Shown piece by piece: positions 19,370 through 30,569 of a stretch of 64,000 nt of DNA; the first letter of the stretch is position 1, and each line of letters begins with the position of its first letter. The notes under the pieces were generated by a model, which did no database searches, was not told where the DNA came from, and saw only the letters and a program-made list of their open reading frames with translations. The stretch is taken from assembly GCA_963759405.1 (NCBI GenBank), contig CAVWZA010000019.1, positions 73,703 to 137,702 on the forward strand, in the 5' to 3' direction. Origin of the DNA: an uncultured Chloroflexia bacterium. Its GTDB lineage: Bacteria > Chloroflexota > Limnocylindria > QHBO01. Both the position numbers and the translations under genes were made by a program.

Positions 19370-20441
19370 ATGTCCGACCGCGTCCCGCCGATCGCCCGCA
19401 TCCGTCTCTCCCGCTCGCTCCCGCGCCTCCTGGTCCTGCCCTTCCTCGGATTCCTGGCTGGCGCCGCCGCCATCGCCGGCGGGCTGCTCCTGGTGCCCGA
19501 CACCATCGGGTTGGTGGTCGCCGGACTGGGCGGGATCGTCATCCTGGGTTCGCTGATCGGCGCGATCGTGCTGCTCAGCGTGCGCCTCGACGTCGAGGAG
19601 GCGGCCGTCTGCCTCGGCTGGCTCGGAGGCGAGCGGATCTATCCACTCAGCCCCGGACCGGTCACACGGGTCCGGCTGCGCGGTGACAACGCATCGAGGC
19701 TGCGCTCGGCGCCACGGCTGCTGCCCTGGCAGCTCGGCCGGGGCCGGCTGCGCGGCGAGGAGGACGTGGAGGTCGTCCGCCTGGCGCCGACCGCCGACCG
19801 CCATCCTGGTTCCGACCGAGCGGGGCCGGCTGGCGATCGCCGCCGCCGACGAGAAGGGGCTGCTGGACGCCCTGTCGCGCGCCGCTCGAGCCCGGCAGCG
19901 GCTCGAGGACCTGACGCGGGAAGCGCCACCGGTGGTCGAGCCCACGCGGCCCGTGGAGGTGGAGGTCACCCCGGCCCTGATGACCGGCATCGAGCGAGCC
20001 CTCTTCGAGGACCGCATGGCCGAGGAGCGCGCGGCGGCGCTCGGCGCAGCCGAGGGAGAGCGGCTTGCCGCGGTGGCCGGCACCGCTCAGGTCGACGCGA
20101 GCGCCGGCGCCGAGCTCGCGACGGTTCCGGCCGAGACCGTGGGGGATCGACGGCGCCTGCCGCGTCCCCAATTGGGGCCGGCCGCCGGACCGAGCCTCGC
20201 GCTGCTGGTGCTGCCGCTGGTCGGGGCCGGTGCGGCCTGGGGCCTCGCCGTCATGCTCGACCGGATGCCCAACCCCGGGACAGACCTCTGGCGCCTCACC
20301 GCATTGGGCCTCGTGCTCGCCGGGCCGGCGACCTCGGTGGGCGCGATCATGGCGCGCATCTACTGGCCCCGACTCGTGGCGGTGGTCGTGGCCGGCGGCC
20401 TGGCGGCGGCGGTCTTCCTGGGACGTGCCCTGCTGGGCTGA
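19370..20441 (+). CDS. hypothetical membrane protein (N-terminal TM pair, PH-like middle region, C-terminal TM bundle) disrupted by a 7-bp tandem duplication near 19788-19801; translationally coupled to the GT2 gene
   Basis: The 19370 frame encodes MSDRVPPIARIRL...VEVVRLAPTA. The protein continues in ORF 19683..20441. Removing one CGACCGC copy restores one ORF of about 357 aa. Confidence 0.5.
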
Positions 20442-20559
20442 CCCGCTCGGCTGAATTGACACAGTGGCGGCCGGCTGCCACGATCGGCCACCAATCCGAA
20501 CCACGGCGACGACGGAGCCACGACGGCCGTCAGCAAGGTCGGCAGCGAGCCCGGACGGT

Positions 20560-20755
20560 GGAAGCGGGCGACCACCGGCGACGACAGTCATCCCTCCTGA
20601 GCCGGAGGTGCCAAGCGGCGCGAGCCGTGTGTAACGCCTCCCGGGTCCGCCACCCGATATCGATGGCGACGAGTGGACTGCATGCCGCCTTCCGTTGGAC
20701 GTCAGGGCGCATCGGTCAAGCGCGGGTGGTACCGCGGGAGTTGCTCCCGTCCCGG
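20560..20755 (+). promoter_or_regulatory. T-box riboswitch leader of ileS (translational, SD-sequestering type)
   Basis: Conserved T-box sequence AGCGCGGGTGGTACCGCGGGAG at about 20713-20740, with a UGGU bulge for tRNA NCCA pairing. It is followed by hairpin CGGGAG-TTGC-CTCCCG containing GGGAG just upstream of the start codon. There are AUC triplets in the upstream loop. A TTGACA -35-like box lies at about 20464. Confidence 0.6.
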
Positions 20756-23700
20756 ATGTCCGGGGCGGGATTCTTGTTGTCAGGAGCTGTGTTGAGCGAG
20801 TTGTTCAGGCCGGTATCGAGCAAGCTGGAGGTCCCCGCGCTCGAACGCGAGGTGATCGCGCGCTGGCGCGAGCGCGACACGATGGCGCGCTACCTCGCAC
20901 GCAACGACGACTCGGAGCGGCGTTTCAGCTTCGTCGACGGGCCGATCACCGCCAACAACCCGATGGGCGTCCATCACGCCTGGGGGCGGACGTACAAGGA
21001 CCTCTTCCAGCGCTACCACACCATGCTCGGCGAGAAGCAGCGCTACCAGAACGGCTTCGACTGCCAGGGCCTGTGGATCGAGGTCAACGTCGAACGCGAC
21101 CTCGGATTCAACAACAAGCGGCAGATCGAGGAATACGGGATCGACCGCTTCGTGGAGCGCTGCAAGGCGCTGGGTCGACACGTACGCCGCCATGCAGACG
21201 GAGCAGAGCAAGCGGCTCGGCTACTGGATGGACTGGGACAACAGCTACTACACGAACTCCGACGAGAACAACTACACCGTCTGGGCGTTCCTGGCCGAGT
21301 GCCATCGGAAGGGCCTCATCTATCGCGGCCACGACGTGATGCCCTGGTGTCCCCGGTGCGGGACGGGGATCTCGAACATGGAGGCCGCGGAGGGGTACGC
21401 GGTGGCGAAGCACCTGTCCGTGACGCTGCGCCTGCCCATCACCAGCCCGGGCCACGAGGACGAGGACCTGCTCGTCTGGACCACGACGCCGTGGACGCTG
21501 TCCAGCAACGTTGCCGCCGCGGTGCATCCCGGCCTGACCTATCAGCTGGTCGAGGGCGCCGCCGGCCGCAGGTGGTGGGTGAGTGCCGGCTCGAAGCAGC
21601 GCGTCGCAGGTGACGCGCGGCTGGTGCGCGAGGCACCCGGCAGCGAGCTCCTGGACCTCACCTACGCCGGGCCGTTCGACGAGCTGCCGGCCGCCGCCGG
21701 CGTGACGCACCGCGTCATCCCGTGGGACGAGGTCTCGGACGCGGAGGGAACCGGGATCGTGCACATCGCCCCCGGCTGCGGCCAGGAGGACTTCGCGCTC
21801 AGCAAGGCGTTCGACCTGCCCGTGATCGACCCGATCGACCAGTTCGGGGTCTTCGGCGAGGGTTTCGGCTGGCAGACCGGCCGCTACGCCGGTGCCGTCG
21901 ACGATCCCGCGACCGACATGGCCCGGGCGGTCGTGGCCGACCTGGAGTCGAAGGGCCTGCTGGTGGCGAAGGAGAGCTACTCCCACTCGTACCCGCATTG
22001 CTGGCGGTGCGGTACGCAGCTGATCTTCCGGCTGGTCGACGAGTGGTTCATCGCCATGGATCCGCTTCGGGCACCCATCAGCGCCTCGACGCGCGCCGTG
22101 ACCTGGCTTCCGGACGGCATCGGCCTCGAGGAGCGCGAGCTCGACTGGCTCCGCAACATGGGCGACTGGATGATCAGCAAGAAGCGCTACTACGGATTGG
22201 CGCTTCCGATCTGGCAGTGCACGGACTGCGACGGCTGGGAGGTCATCGGCTCGAAGGAGGAGCTCCGCGACCGGGCGGTCGCCGGCTGGGACGAGTTCGA
22301 GGGCCACACGCCACATCGGCCGTGGGTCGATGCGGTCGAGATCGCCTGCGCGAGCTGCGGTGGCCGAGCCAGGCGGACCTCCGACGTCGGCAATCCCTGG
22401 CTGGACGCCGGGATCGTGGGGCTCTCGACCCTGAAGTGGAACACCGACCGCGAATACTGGGCGCAGTGGTACCCAGCGGACTGGATCAGCGAGTCGTTCC
22501 CCGGCCAGTTCCGGAACTGGTTCTACGCGCTGCTGACCGAGTCGACGGTGATGACCGGCGAGGCTCCGATGCGCGCGCTCTTCGGCTACGCGACGCTCCT
22601 CGACGAGGACGGCGAGGAGATGCACAAGAGCAAGGGCAACTCGATCCCGTTCGACGAGGCCGCGGAGCGGATCGGCTCGGACGTGATGCGCTGGATGTAC
22701 GCGGCCGCCAATCCCGCGGTCAACCTCCGCTTCGGCTACGGGCCCGGCCACGAGGTCGTGCGCCGATTCTTCCTGCCGCTCTGGAACACCTACGGCTTCC
22801 TCGTCACGTACGCCCGCCTGGACGGCTGGACGCCGGATCAGGTCGACGGCGTGGCCGAAGCACGAACGCTCCTGGACCGATGGATCCTGTCGCGCCTCGA
22901 CGCGCTGGTTGCCGAGACGAGGATCTCGTTCGATGGCTACGACGCGATGCGCGCCACGCGTGCCATCGAGGCGTTCGTCGACGACCTCTCGAACTGGTAC
23001 GTGCGCCGCAACCGGCGTCGGTTCTGGAAGGGTGAGCTCGACGCCGACAAGCGCGCCGCCTACGCGACCCTGTACGAGGTGCTCACGACGCTGACGCGAC
23101 TCATGGCGCCGATCATCCCGCACGTCGCCGACGCGATCTGGGAGAACCTGGTCACCACCGTCGACGCCGACGCGACGGACAGCGTGCACCTCACCGACTT
23201 CCCCGAGCAGGTCGCGGGCCGTGCCGACTCCGGAGTCGACCGTGGCGTCGAGCTGGCGCGCCGGACGGTGGCGCTCGGTCGCGGCGCGCGCTCGGCCGCG
23301 GCGCTGCGCACCCGTCAGCCGCTGCGGACGGCTCGCCTCAAGCTTCCTGGCGCGGCCACCGGCTTCGCCGACGAGCCGAGCGTCGACGCGGCGCTGCGCC
23401 AGGAGATCCGCGAGGAGCTCAACGTCCGTGAGATCGAGCTCATTCCCGACGAGTCGGAGATGGTCGAGCGCACGCTCTATCCGCTCCTGCCGGTGATCGG
23501 CCCACGCCACGGCAACGCGGTCGGGGCGATCATGGGCGGCGTCCGCTCCGGCGACTGGCATCTCGAGGACGACGGGACGGCCGTTGCCGGCGGGGTGACG
23601 CTGCAGCCGGACGAGTTCCAGCTCACCGCGCGCGCCCGACCCGGCCACGAGGTCGCGGAGGACGGCGACCTGCTCGTCGCGCTCGACACCACCCTCGACG

Positions 23701-23978
23701 ACGAGCTCGCCGCCGAAGGCGTTGCCCGCGAGGTCGCGCACCGGCTGCAGGCGATGCGCAAGGCGTCCGGCTACGAGATCAGCGACCGCGTGGACGTGGC
23801 GATCGCCGGCGATCGCGCCACCATCGACCAGCTGCGCCCGTTCCAGGCGTGGCTCGCCGACGAGCTGCTGGCGAGCTCCGTGGAGCTCGGGCCCGACGCC
23901 GCGGTCGCTGCCGCGGATGCGGCCGAGCAGCTCGACCTCGACGGCGTCAGCCTGCGCCTCTCGGTGGCCCGCGCCTGA
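20756..23978 (+). CDS. ileS: isoleucyl-tRNA synthetase, interrupted by a 1-nt frameshift near 21168-21185
   Basis: The N-terminus in the 19370 frame (…FVDGPITANNPMGVHHAWGRTYKD…) carries the HIGH-region. The remainder is in ORF 21192..23978 (KMSKSKGN; C-terminal Zn-finger/editing regions). The start is ATG 20756, or alternatively GTG 20789 / TTG 20792. Confidence 0.9.
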
Positions 23979-23998
23979 TCGGCTCGAGGTCGGCTAGA

Positions 23999-24520
23999 GT
24001 GGGATCCGTGGAGGGCGGCACCGATCGAGACGCATCGTTGAGGCCCGTGCTCGTCCTGGCGGGCGCGGCGCTGGTGCTGTACGCGCTCGACCAGGTCACC
24101 AAGGCGCTGGTCGTGGCCAACGTCCCACTCGGCGCCCGGTACGACGTGATCGGGGAGTTCGTCCAGCTGTGGCACGTTCGTAACACCGGCGCCGCCTTCA
24201 GCATCCTTCCCGGCGCCACGTGGCTCTTCGTGCCGGTCACGCTTGGCGCGATCGGGATGGTCGTCTACTTCCATCGAACGCTCCGCGCCCGCGGGCCGTG
24301 GATCCAGATCATCCTGGGAGCCATCCTGGCCGGGGCACTCGGCAACCTCACCGACCGCCTGCGGCTCGGCTACGTCACCGACTTCGTCAGCGTCGGCATC
24401 GGCAACGTGCGATTCCCGACCTTCAACGTGGCCGACTCGGCCGTGGTGCTCGGGATCGCCGCGCTGGTCACCTACCTGACATTCTTCGACCAGCCCCGCT
24501 CGGCGGAGGTCGCGGGGTGA
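23999..24520 (+). CDS. lspA: lipoprotein signal peptidase II
   Basis: Four TM helices and conserved NTGAAFS, FNVAD motifs. GTG start. Confidence 0.8.
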   Translation: MGSVEGGTDRDASLRPVLVLAGAALVLYALDQVTKALVVANVPLGARYDVIGEFVQLWHVRNTGAAFSILPGATWLFVPVTLGAIGMVVYFHRTLRARGPWIQIILGAILAGALGNLTDRLRLGYVTDFVSVGIGNVRFPTFNVADSAVVLGIAALVTYLTFFDQPRSAEVAG

Positions 24521-25491
24521 TGGCCCCGGTCGAGGACCGCACCGTCGAGGGGCCGGCGCCCGCGGGGAGGGTCGACCTGGCGGTGGCGTCCGTCGGCGGC
24601 ATCAGCCGCGCCCACGCCCAGCGGCTCATCGGCGATGGGCGCGCCCTGGTCGACGGGGGGCGCCGGCGCTCCAGCGATCGGCTGGTCGGTGGCGAGCTCA
24701 TCAGCGTCGAGCTCAGCGCGCCACCGGACGAGACCCTCTTCCCGGAGTCGATCCCGTTCGGTGTCGCCTACGAGGACGAGACGATGCTGATCGTCGACAA
24801 GCCGGCCGGCCTCGTCGTCCATCCCTCGGCGGGGCACACCACCGGCACGCTCGTCAACGCGCTCCTCGGTCGTTCACGCGACCGCGGGGAGGCGCTCGGC
24901 TCGATCGCCGGCGTGGGGCGTCCGGGGATCGTGCATCGGCTCGACAAGGAGACGAGCGGCCTGATCGTGGTCGCCAAGACCGACCTGGCCCAGTCGAGCC
25001 TGATGCGCCAGTTCGGCGATCGGACCATCGAGAAGGAGTACCTGGCACTCGTGCGCGGCGAGGTGCCGTCGTCGCGCGGCCGGATCGAGGCGCCGATCGG
25101 GCGGGATCCGCGCGACCGTCAGCGGATGGCCGTGGTCGCCGGCGGCCGGGCGTCGACCACCGAGTACGACGTGATCGCCACCGGCGGCGGCTACGCACTC
25201 CTTGCCTTGCGACCGCTGACCGGGCGGACCCACCAGATCCGCGCCCACCTGTCCTACCTGGGCCTCCCGATCGCCGGCGACATCCGGTATGGCGGGGGAG
25301 AGGGGCCCGGCGGGCTGCGGCGCCAATTCCTGCACGCGTCGCGGCTTGGGCTCGAGCGTCCGCTCGACGGCCGGCGCCTCCGCGCCTGGAGCGAGCTTCC
25401 CGCCGAGCTGGCCGCCTGTCTCGAGGCATCCGGCGTGACCGTGGCCGCGGGCCGCCTGCCGGCGGGCGTCGGCGCCGAGGTCGAGCCGTGA
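24520..25491 (+). CDS. rluD: 23S rRNA pseudouridine synthase, RluA/RluD family
   Basis: S4-like N-terminus plus catalytic HRLDKETSGLIVVAKT motif. ATG overlaps the lspA stop (TGATG). Confidence 0.85.
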   Translation: MAPVEDRTVEGPAPAGRVDLAVASVGGISRAHAQRLIGDGRALVDGGRRRSSDRLVGGELISVELSAPPDETLFPESIPFGVAYEDETMLIVDKPAGLVVHPSAGHTTGTLVNALLGRSRDRGEALGSIAGVGRPGIVHRLDKETSGLIVVAKTDLAQSSLMRQFGDRTIEKEYLALVRGEVPSSRGRIEAPIGRDPRDRQRMAVVAGGRASTTEYDVIATGGGYALLALRPLTGRTHQIRAHLSYLGLPIAGDIRYGGGEGPGGLRRQFLHASRLGLERPLDGRRLRAWSELPAELAACLEASGVTVAAGRLPAGVGAEVEP

Positions 25492-26126
25492 TCGACGATG
25501 AGGCGGTGAGCGACCAGCAGAAGCGGATGACGTTCCCCAACCCGATGCTGGTGGTCGTGTCGGGCCCATCGGGGGTCGGCAAGAGCACCATCGTCGCCGA
25601 GCTGGCGCGCCGCCACCCGCAGGTTGTGCCGATCGTGACGGCGACCACCCGCGAGCGGCGCGAGGGCGAGATCCACGGCGTCCACTATCACTTCCTCGAT
25701 CGCGACGACTTCATCGGGCTGCGTGACGGCGGTGGGCTGCTCGAATGGGCGGAGGTGCACGGCAACCTGTACGGCACGCCGATCGACCAGGTGCGAGGCA
25801 TCCTCGCTGCCGGTCGCGACGCCATCCTGACGATCGATCCCCAGGGCGCGCGGCAGGTCAGGACCAAGGTTCCCGACGCGCTCCTCATCTTCGTCAAGCC
25901 GCCGTCCATGGAGGACCTCGCGACGCGGCTCCGCAAGCGAGGCAGCGAGTCCGCCGATTCCCTCGCGCGACGCCGTCGCGACGCGGAGCACTGGATGGCC
26001 GAGGCCGACGAGTACGACCACGTGGTCGTCAACGAAACGGGGCGCGCTGAGGAGGCGGCCGAGCGCATCTGGGAGATCATCCAGGCAGAGGCACGCCGCG
26101 AGCCACCGCGTCGCCCACGGATCTGA
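25488..26126 (+). CDS. gmk: guanylate kinase
   Basis: P-loop VVSGPSGVGKST, characteristic of the Gmk core. GTG start overlapping the rluD stop. Confidence 0.9.
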   Translation: MIDDEAVSDQQKRMTFPNPMLVVVSGPSGVGKSTIVAELARRHPQVVPIVTATTRERREGEIHGVHYHFLDRDDFIGLRDGGGLLEWAEVHGNLYGTPIDQVRGILAAGRDAILTIDPQGARQVRTKVPDALLIFVKPPSMEDLATRLRKRGSESADSLARRRRDAEHWMAEADEYDHVVVNETGRAEEAAERIWEIIQAEARREPPRRPRI

Positions 26127-26139
26127 AGGCGGCCCTGGA

Positions 26140-28510
26140 ATGACCCTGCCCGGTCGCGCGGTGCGCGTGGCCGTCGACGCACTGGCCGACCGTCCGGAGC
26201 GCACCTTCAGCTACCTCGTTCCCTCCGAGACTGGAGATGCCCGCTCCCGGCTCGCTCCTGCTGGTTCCCTACGGCCGCAGGCTGGCGCTGGGCTACGTGC
26301 TCGATGGCGAGGCCGACGCGCAGGACGGGGCGCAGGCCGGCGAGCTCAAGCCGATCGAAGCAGTCGTCTCCGCCCCGATGCTGACGCCCGATCTGCTCGT
26401 CCTGGCCGAGGAGATCGCCGCCTACTATCGCGCGCCGATCGGCACCACACTGGCGGCGATGCTGCCGCCGGGCCTCGAGTCGCGGCTCGACCGCCGGTGG
26501 GAGATCCGCGACGGGACCGATCTGCCCGCCGGCCTCGTGGAGGCGGCCGATGCGGACGGCCTGGTCGCCGATGCCAGCCTGATGCGCTCCGCGCCACGTC
26601 GTGGGCGGAACGCCTGGCTGGAGCGGCTTCGGCGGTCGGGCGCGATCCGCTCGCATTGGGCATTGCGTGCCGCAGAGGTCAACCCACGCCGCGTGCGGGT
26701 GCTGCGCCCCGTGGCGGGCGACGCCGAGCCGCCACGGCGGGCGCCCGTGCAGCGGGCCGTCCTGGAGGCGCTGGGTGGCAGGGAGCGCACGATGGCAGAG
26801 CTGGCCGAGGCGCTGGACATGCAGCCGGCCGCGCTCCTGGCTCCGGCCCGCCGGCTGGTCGCGCTGGGACGGGCGGAGCTCGATTGGCGGACGGTCGAGC
26901 GCAGCCCCCTGGCGCATCGGGCCGAAACGCCGAACCTGCGTCACGAGCTTGCCGAGGAGCAGCTCGCCGCCCTCGATGCGATCGGCGCACTGGAGCCGGG
27001 CCACGAGCTCCTCCTGCAGGGCGTCGCGGCCTCCGGCAAGACGGATCTGTACCTCGCCGCCACGTTCGAGACCCTGGCTGCCGGACGGGACGTCATCGTG
27101 ACGGTCCCGGAGGTGAGCCTCGTCCCGCAGATCGGCGACCGGCTCCGCGCGCTCATCGGTGACGAGCTCGGCGTCCTCCACTCCGGCCTCTCGGCGGGAG
27201 AGCGGCACGACGAGTGGTGGCGAATCCTGCGCGGCGAGGTCCGGGTCGTGGTCGGCACCCGGACGGCGGCCTTCGCGCCGCTCGCACGCCTCGGGCTCAT
27301 CATCGTGGACGAGGAGCACGACGGCGGCTACAAGTCGGACCGGACGCCGCGCTACGACGCCCGCTGGGTGGCCCGACGTCGTGCCGCGATCACCGGCGCC
27401 CGCGTCATCCTGGGAAGCGCGACGCCCGACCTCGTCAGCCTGGCGCGCGTCCGTGGCGGGCACGCCGAGCGAGCTCAGCTCGTCGAGCGACGGGTGGGCG
27501 CCACCCCTGCCGTCGAGGTGGCGGACCTTCGCGCGGAGCTCGCCGGCGGTAACCGCTCCATCTTCTCCACGGCACTGGCCGATGCGCTCGGTGCGCTCCG
27601 GCGGGGGAGCGAGCAGGCCGTCCTGCTCCTGAACCGGCGGGGAGCCGCCACCTTCATCCTGTGCCGCGACTGCGGCGAGAGCCTGCGGTGCCCGGACTGC
27701 GAATTGCCCTTCGTCTTCCACCTCGATGGGGGGACGCTGCGCTGCCACCACTGTGGCCGCTCCTCCGTTCCGACCGAGAAGTGCCCCAGCTGCGGGAGCG
27801 GCCGCATCCGCTACTTCGGCGCCGGCACCCAGCGCGTCGAGGCCGAACTGCGAGCGCGATACCCCGGCCTCCGGATCGGACGCCTCGACTCCGACGCCCT
27901 GGCCGCTCGACGCGGGTTCGAGACGATCTATGACGACTTCCGCGAGGGACGCACCGACGTCCTCGTCGGCACGCAGCTCGCCGCCAAGGGCCTCGACCTG
28001 CCGTCGGTCACGCTCGCCGGCGTGATCGCGGCCGACGTGACGCTCAACCTGCCCGACTACCGAGCGGCGGAGCGCACGTTCCAGCTGCTGGCCCAGGTGG
28101 CCGGCCGGGCCGGACGGGGTCCGTTGCCGGGCCGCGTCATCTTCCAGACCTACGCGCCGGGACACTACGCCGTGCGCAACGCGGCGGCGCTCGATGTCGA
28201 CGGCTTCGCGGACGACGAGCTGCTGCGCCGCCGGCTGCTCGGCTACCCGCCCTTCAGCCTCCTGGCCAGGCTGCTCATCGCCGATGCGGACCGGGGGAGG
28301 GCGGAGGAGCGCGGCCGGCAGGCGGCCGCCGCAGTCGCCGTTCCGGGCGCCGAGGTGCTCGGCCCGCTGCCCTCGTACGTCGTGCGGCGCGCCGGCCGCT
28401 ACCGGATGCAGGTCGTCATCCGCGCGCCCGACGCCGATACGCGCGCGGCCGCCCTCGAGCGCGTCCCGCCGGGGATCGCCATCGACGTCGACCCCGAGTC
28501 ACTCCTGTGA
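26140..28510 (+). CDS. priA: primosomal protein N' (PriA helicase), 1-nt frameshift near 26243-26246
   Basis: N-terminal 3'-DNA-binding region in frame 26140 (VAVDALADRPERTFSYLVP). The remainder is in ORF 26237..28510 with Walker A GVAASGKT, DEEHD, Cys-rich zinc cluster CRDCGESLRCPDCELPFVFH...CHHCG. Confidence 0.85.
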
Positions 28511-28530
28511 TCGGTACAATGCCGAGCGCC

Positions 28531-29038
28531 ATGGCCATCCGCCCCATCCTCACCGCCGACGAGCCGATCCTGCGCGAGCGAACGAAGAGGGTCTCGACCT
28601 TCGACGCCAGCCTGCATCGGCTGCTCGACGACATGCTGGTGACGATGCGCGACGCGCCCGGGCGTCGGGTTGGCCGCGAACCAGATCGGCGTCCCGCTCC
28701 AGGTCGCCATCATCGAGGTCGACGAGAAGGTCACCGAGCTCGTGAACCCCCAGATCGTGAAGGGCTCCGGGGAGCAGCTCGACTGGGAGGGCTGCCTCTC
28801 GATCCCGGGCTACGTGGCCGAGGTCGAACGCCACGCGAAGGTGACGGTGAAGGCGCGCGACCGGCACGGAAAGGAGTTCCGGGTGAAGGGGACCGAGCTC
28901 CTGGCCCGCGCCCTCCAGCACGAGATCGACCACCTCAACGGGACGCTCTACATCGATCACCTCGAGTCGCTCGAGGAGCTCGTCCGGGTCAGCGAGTCGA
29001 CCGAGGAGGTCACCGAAGAGGCGGCCGCCGGCATCTAG
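28531..29038 (+). CDS. def: peptide deformylase, +1 G insertion in a GGG run near 28661
   Basis: MAIRPILTADEPILRERTKRV... in frame 28507. Conserved GVGLAANQIG, EGCLS, QHEIDHLNG motifs in ORF 28670..29038. Confidence 0.85.
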
Positions 29039-29994
29039 TGGGCGGCATCGGGCGGATCGCCTTCCTCGGCACCGGGGCCTTCGGGGTTCCGCTGCTGTCG
29101 CACGTTGCCGGCCAGGCCGACGACCTGATCGTCATCAGCCAGCCGGATCGGCCGGCCGGGCGCCGCCTTCAGCTGCGCGCAACCCCGGTCACCGCCTTCG
29201 CGCGCGAGCACGGGATCCCGGTCCTGACGCCACACCGGCTTCGTTCCGACGAGGCAGCAGATGCGCTGCGCACCTACGCTCCCGACGGGCTGGTCCTGGT
29301 GGCGTACGGCCAGCTGGTGCCGCAGGCGCTGCTCGACGTCGCGGAGCGCCCGCCGCTCAACGTCCACCCGTCCCTCCTGCCGCGGCACCGCGGCGCCGCG
29401 CCGGTTGCCGGCACCATCCTCGCCGGCGATCGGGAGGGCGGGGTGACGCTCATGGTCATGACCGCGGAGCTCGACGCCGGGCCGATCGTCCGACGGTGGC
29501 CGGTCCCGCTCACTGGCCGCGAGACGACCCCCGAGCTCGAGGCGGCGCTCGCCGACCTTGCCGCGGAGGTCGTTCCACCGGTGCTCGACCAATGGGCCTC
29601 CGGGGCCATCGACCAGGAGCCCCAGGACGAGGCCGCCGCGACCTACGTCCATCCGTTCACGCGATCGGACGGTTGGATCGACTGGCAGCGGCCGGCGGTC
29701 GAAATCGACCGGCAGGTCCGGGCGCTCCAGCCGTGGCCAGGTGCCTGGACCACGGTCGACGGGCGACGCATCCACATTCGGCGAGCGCGCCCCGTCACCG
29801 GCGTCGACGGGGTCCCGATCGGCGCCCTGTTCGCCGGCGAGACGCAGATCGTGGCGTGCGGGGTCGGCGGCCTGCTCCTCGAGATCGTCCAGCCCGAGGG
29901 ACGAGCCACGATGCCCGCGGACGCCTGGCGACGAGGGCTCGGCCGCGAGCACGTGATGCTCGGTGCCGGACGCCCGGCGGAGGTGGCGCGCTAG
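29038..29994 (+). CDS. fmt: methionyl-tRNA formyltransferase
   Basis: RIAFLGTGAFGVPLL...NVHPSLLPRHRGAAPV formyltransferase core plus C-terminal domain. GTG overlaps the def stop (TAGTG). Confidence 0.85.
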   Translation: MGGIGRIAFLGTGAFGVPLLSHVAGQADDLIVISQPDRPAGRRLQLRATPVTAFAREHGIPVLTPHRLRSDEAADALRTYAPDGLVLVAYGQLVPQALLDVAERPPLNVHPSLLPRHRGAAPVAGTILAGDREGGVTLMVMTAELDAGPIVRRWPVPLTGRETTPELEAALADLAAEVVPPVLDQWASGAIDQEPQDEAAATYVHPFTRSDGWIDWQRPAVEIDRQVRALQPWPGAWTTVDGRRIHIRRARPVTGVDGVPIGALFAGETQIVACGVGGLLLEIVQPEGRATMPADAWRRGLGREHVMLGAGRPAEVAR

Positions 29995-30569
29995 CTTCGC
30001 GCCGCGGCCGGCTCCCGCTCGACGACCTCGCCCGGCAGGTGCAACAGGTTGTGCACGCTCCACACGCCGCCGATCGCGCCCGCCTCGGTGGCCAGGCGAT
30101 CACGCATCTCCGCATCAGGCACCTCGCCCCGCAGGACGACGATGCCGCGCTCGACGTTGATGTTGATCGTTCCCTTCGGCACCGACGGATCGCGGAAGAG
30201 CTTCGTCTCGACCTTTGAGGTCAGTGTGCCGTCGTCCAGGAACGATTCGTCCCGGTCCCCGGCGTGCCGTGCCGCGGCCAGGCGGCCCGAGGCGGTCGAT
30301 CGAGCGAAGTGAGCGGCGCGACCCGCCTGGCGGCCGGCACGGCGGACCGTGGCTCCGGCCTGGTCGACCAGGCGCGCCCGACGCGCCCGCCCACGGGCCG
30401 GGTCCAGGAGAAACGTCGCGATCGCGCCGGCGAGCGCGGTGGCGGCTGCGATCAGCCCCGTCCCGACCCAGCCCGCCCCGCGCGGCTCAGGGCTGAGTGC
30501 TCGGCGGGTTCTCCGGCCGGTCGACTTGGCTGATCGGCGCACGTCTCGTGTGCGATGGGTGAGGTTCAT
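29991..30569 (-). CDS. BON-domain (OsmY-like) protein with N-terminal membrane anchor
   Basis: 192 aa. Hydrophobic N-terminus, then a C-terminal BON domain (LTSKVETKLFRDPSVPKGTININVERGIVVLRGEVPDAEMRDRLATEAGAIGGV). Confidence 0.6.
   Translation of the reverse strand: MNLTHRTRDVRRSAKSTGRRTRRALSPEPRGAGWVGTGLIAAATALAGAIATFLLDPARGRARRARLVDQAGATVRRAGRQAGRAAHFARSTASGRLAAARHAGDRDESFLDDGTLTSKVETKLFRDPSVPKGTININVERGIVVLRGEVPDAEMRDRLATEAGAIGGVWSVHNLLHLPGEVVEREPAAARS

Noticed and set aside
20464-20500. TTGACA -35-like hexamer upstream of the ileS T-box
   Set aside because: A plausible -35 box, but no convincing TANNNT -10 at 16-19 nt spacing. Kept only as a note within the T-box evidence.
19370-21613. 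747-aa ORF spanning the membrane protein, the ileS leader and the ileS N-terminus
   Set aside because: Read-through artefact. It concatenates a frameshifted membrane gene, a non-coding T-box leader and the first part of ileS, which happen to share a frame without stops.
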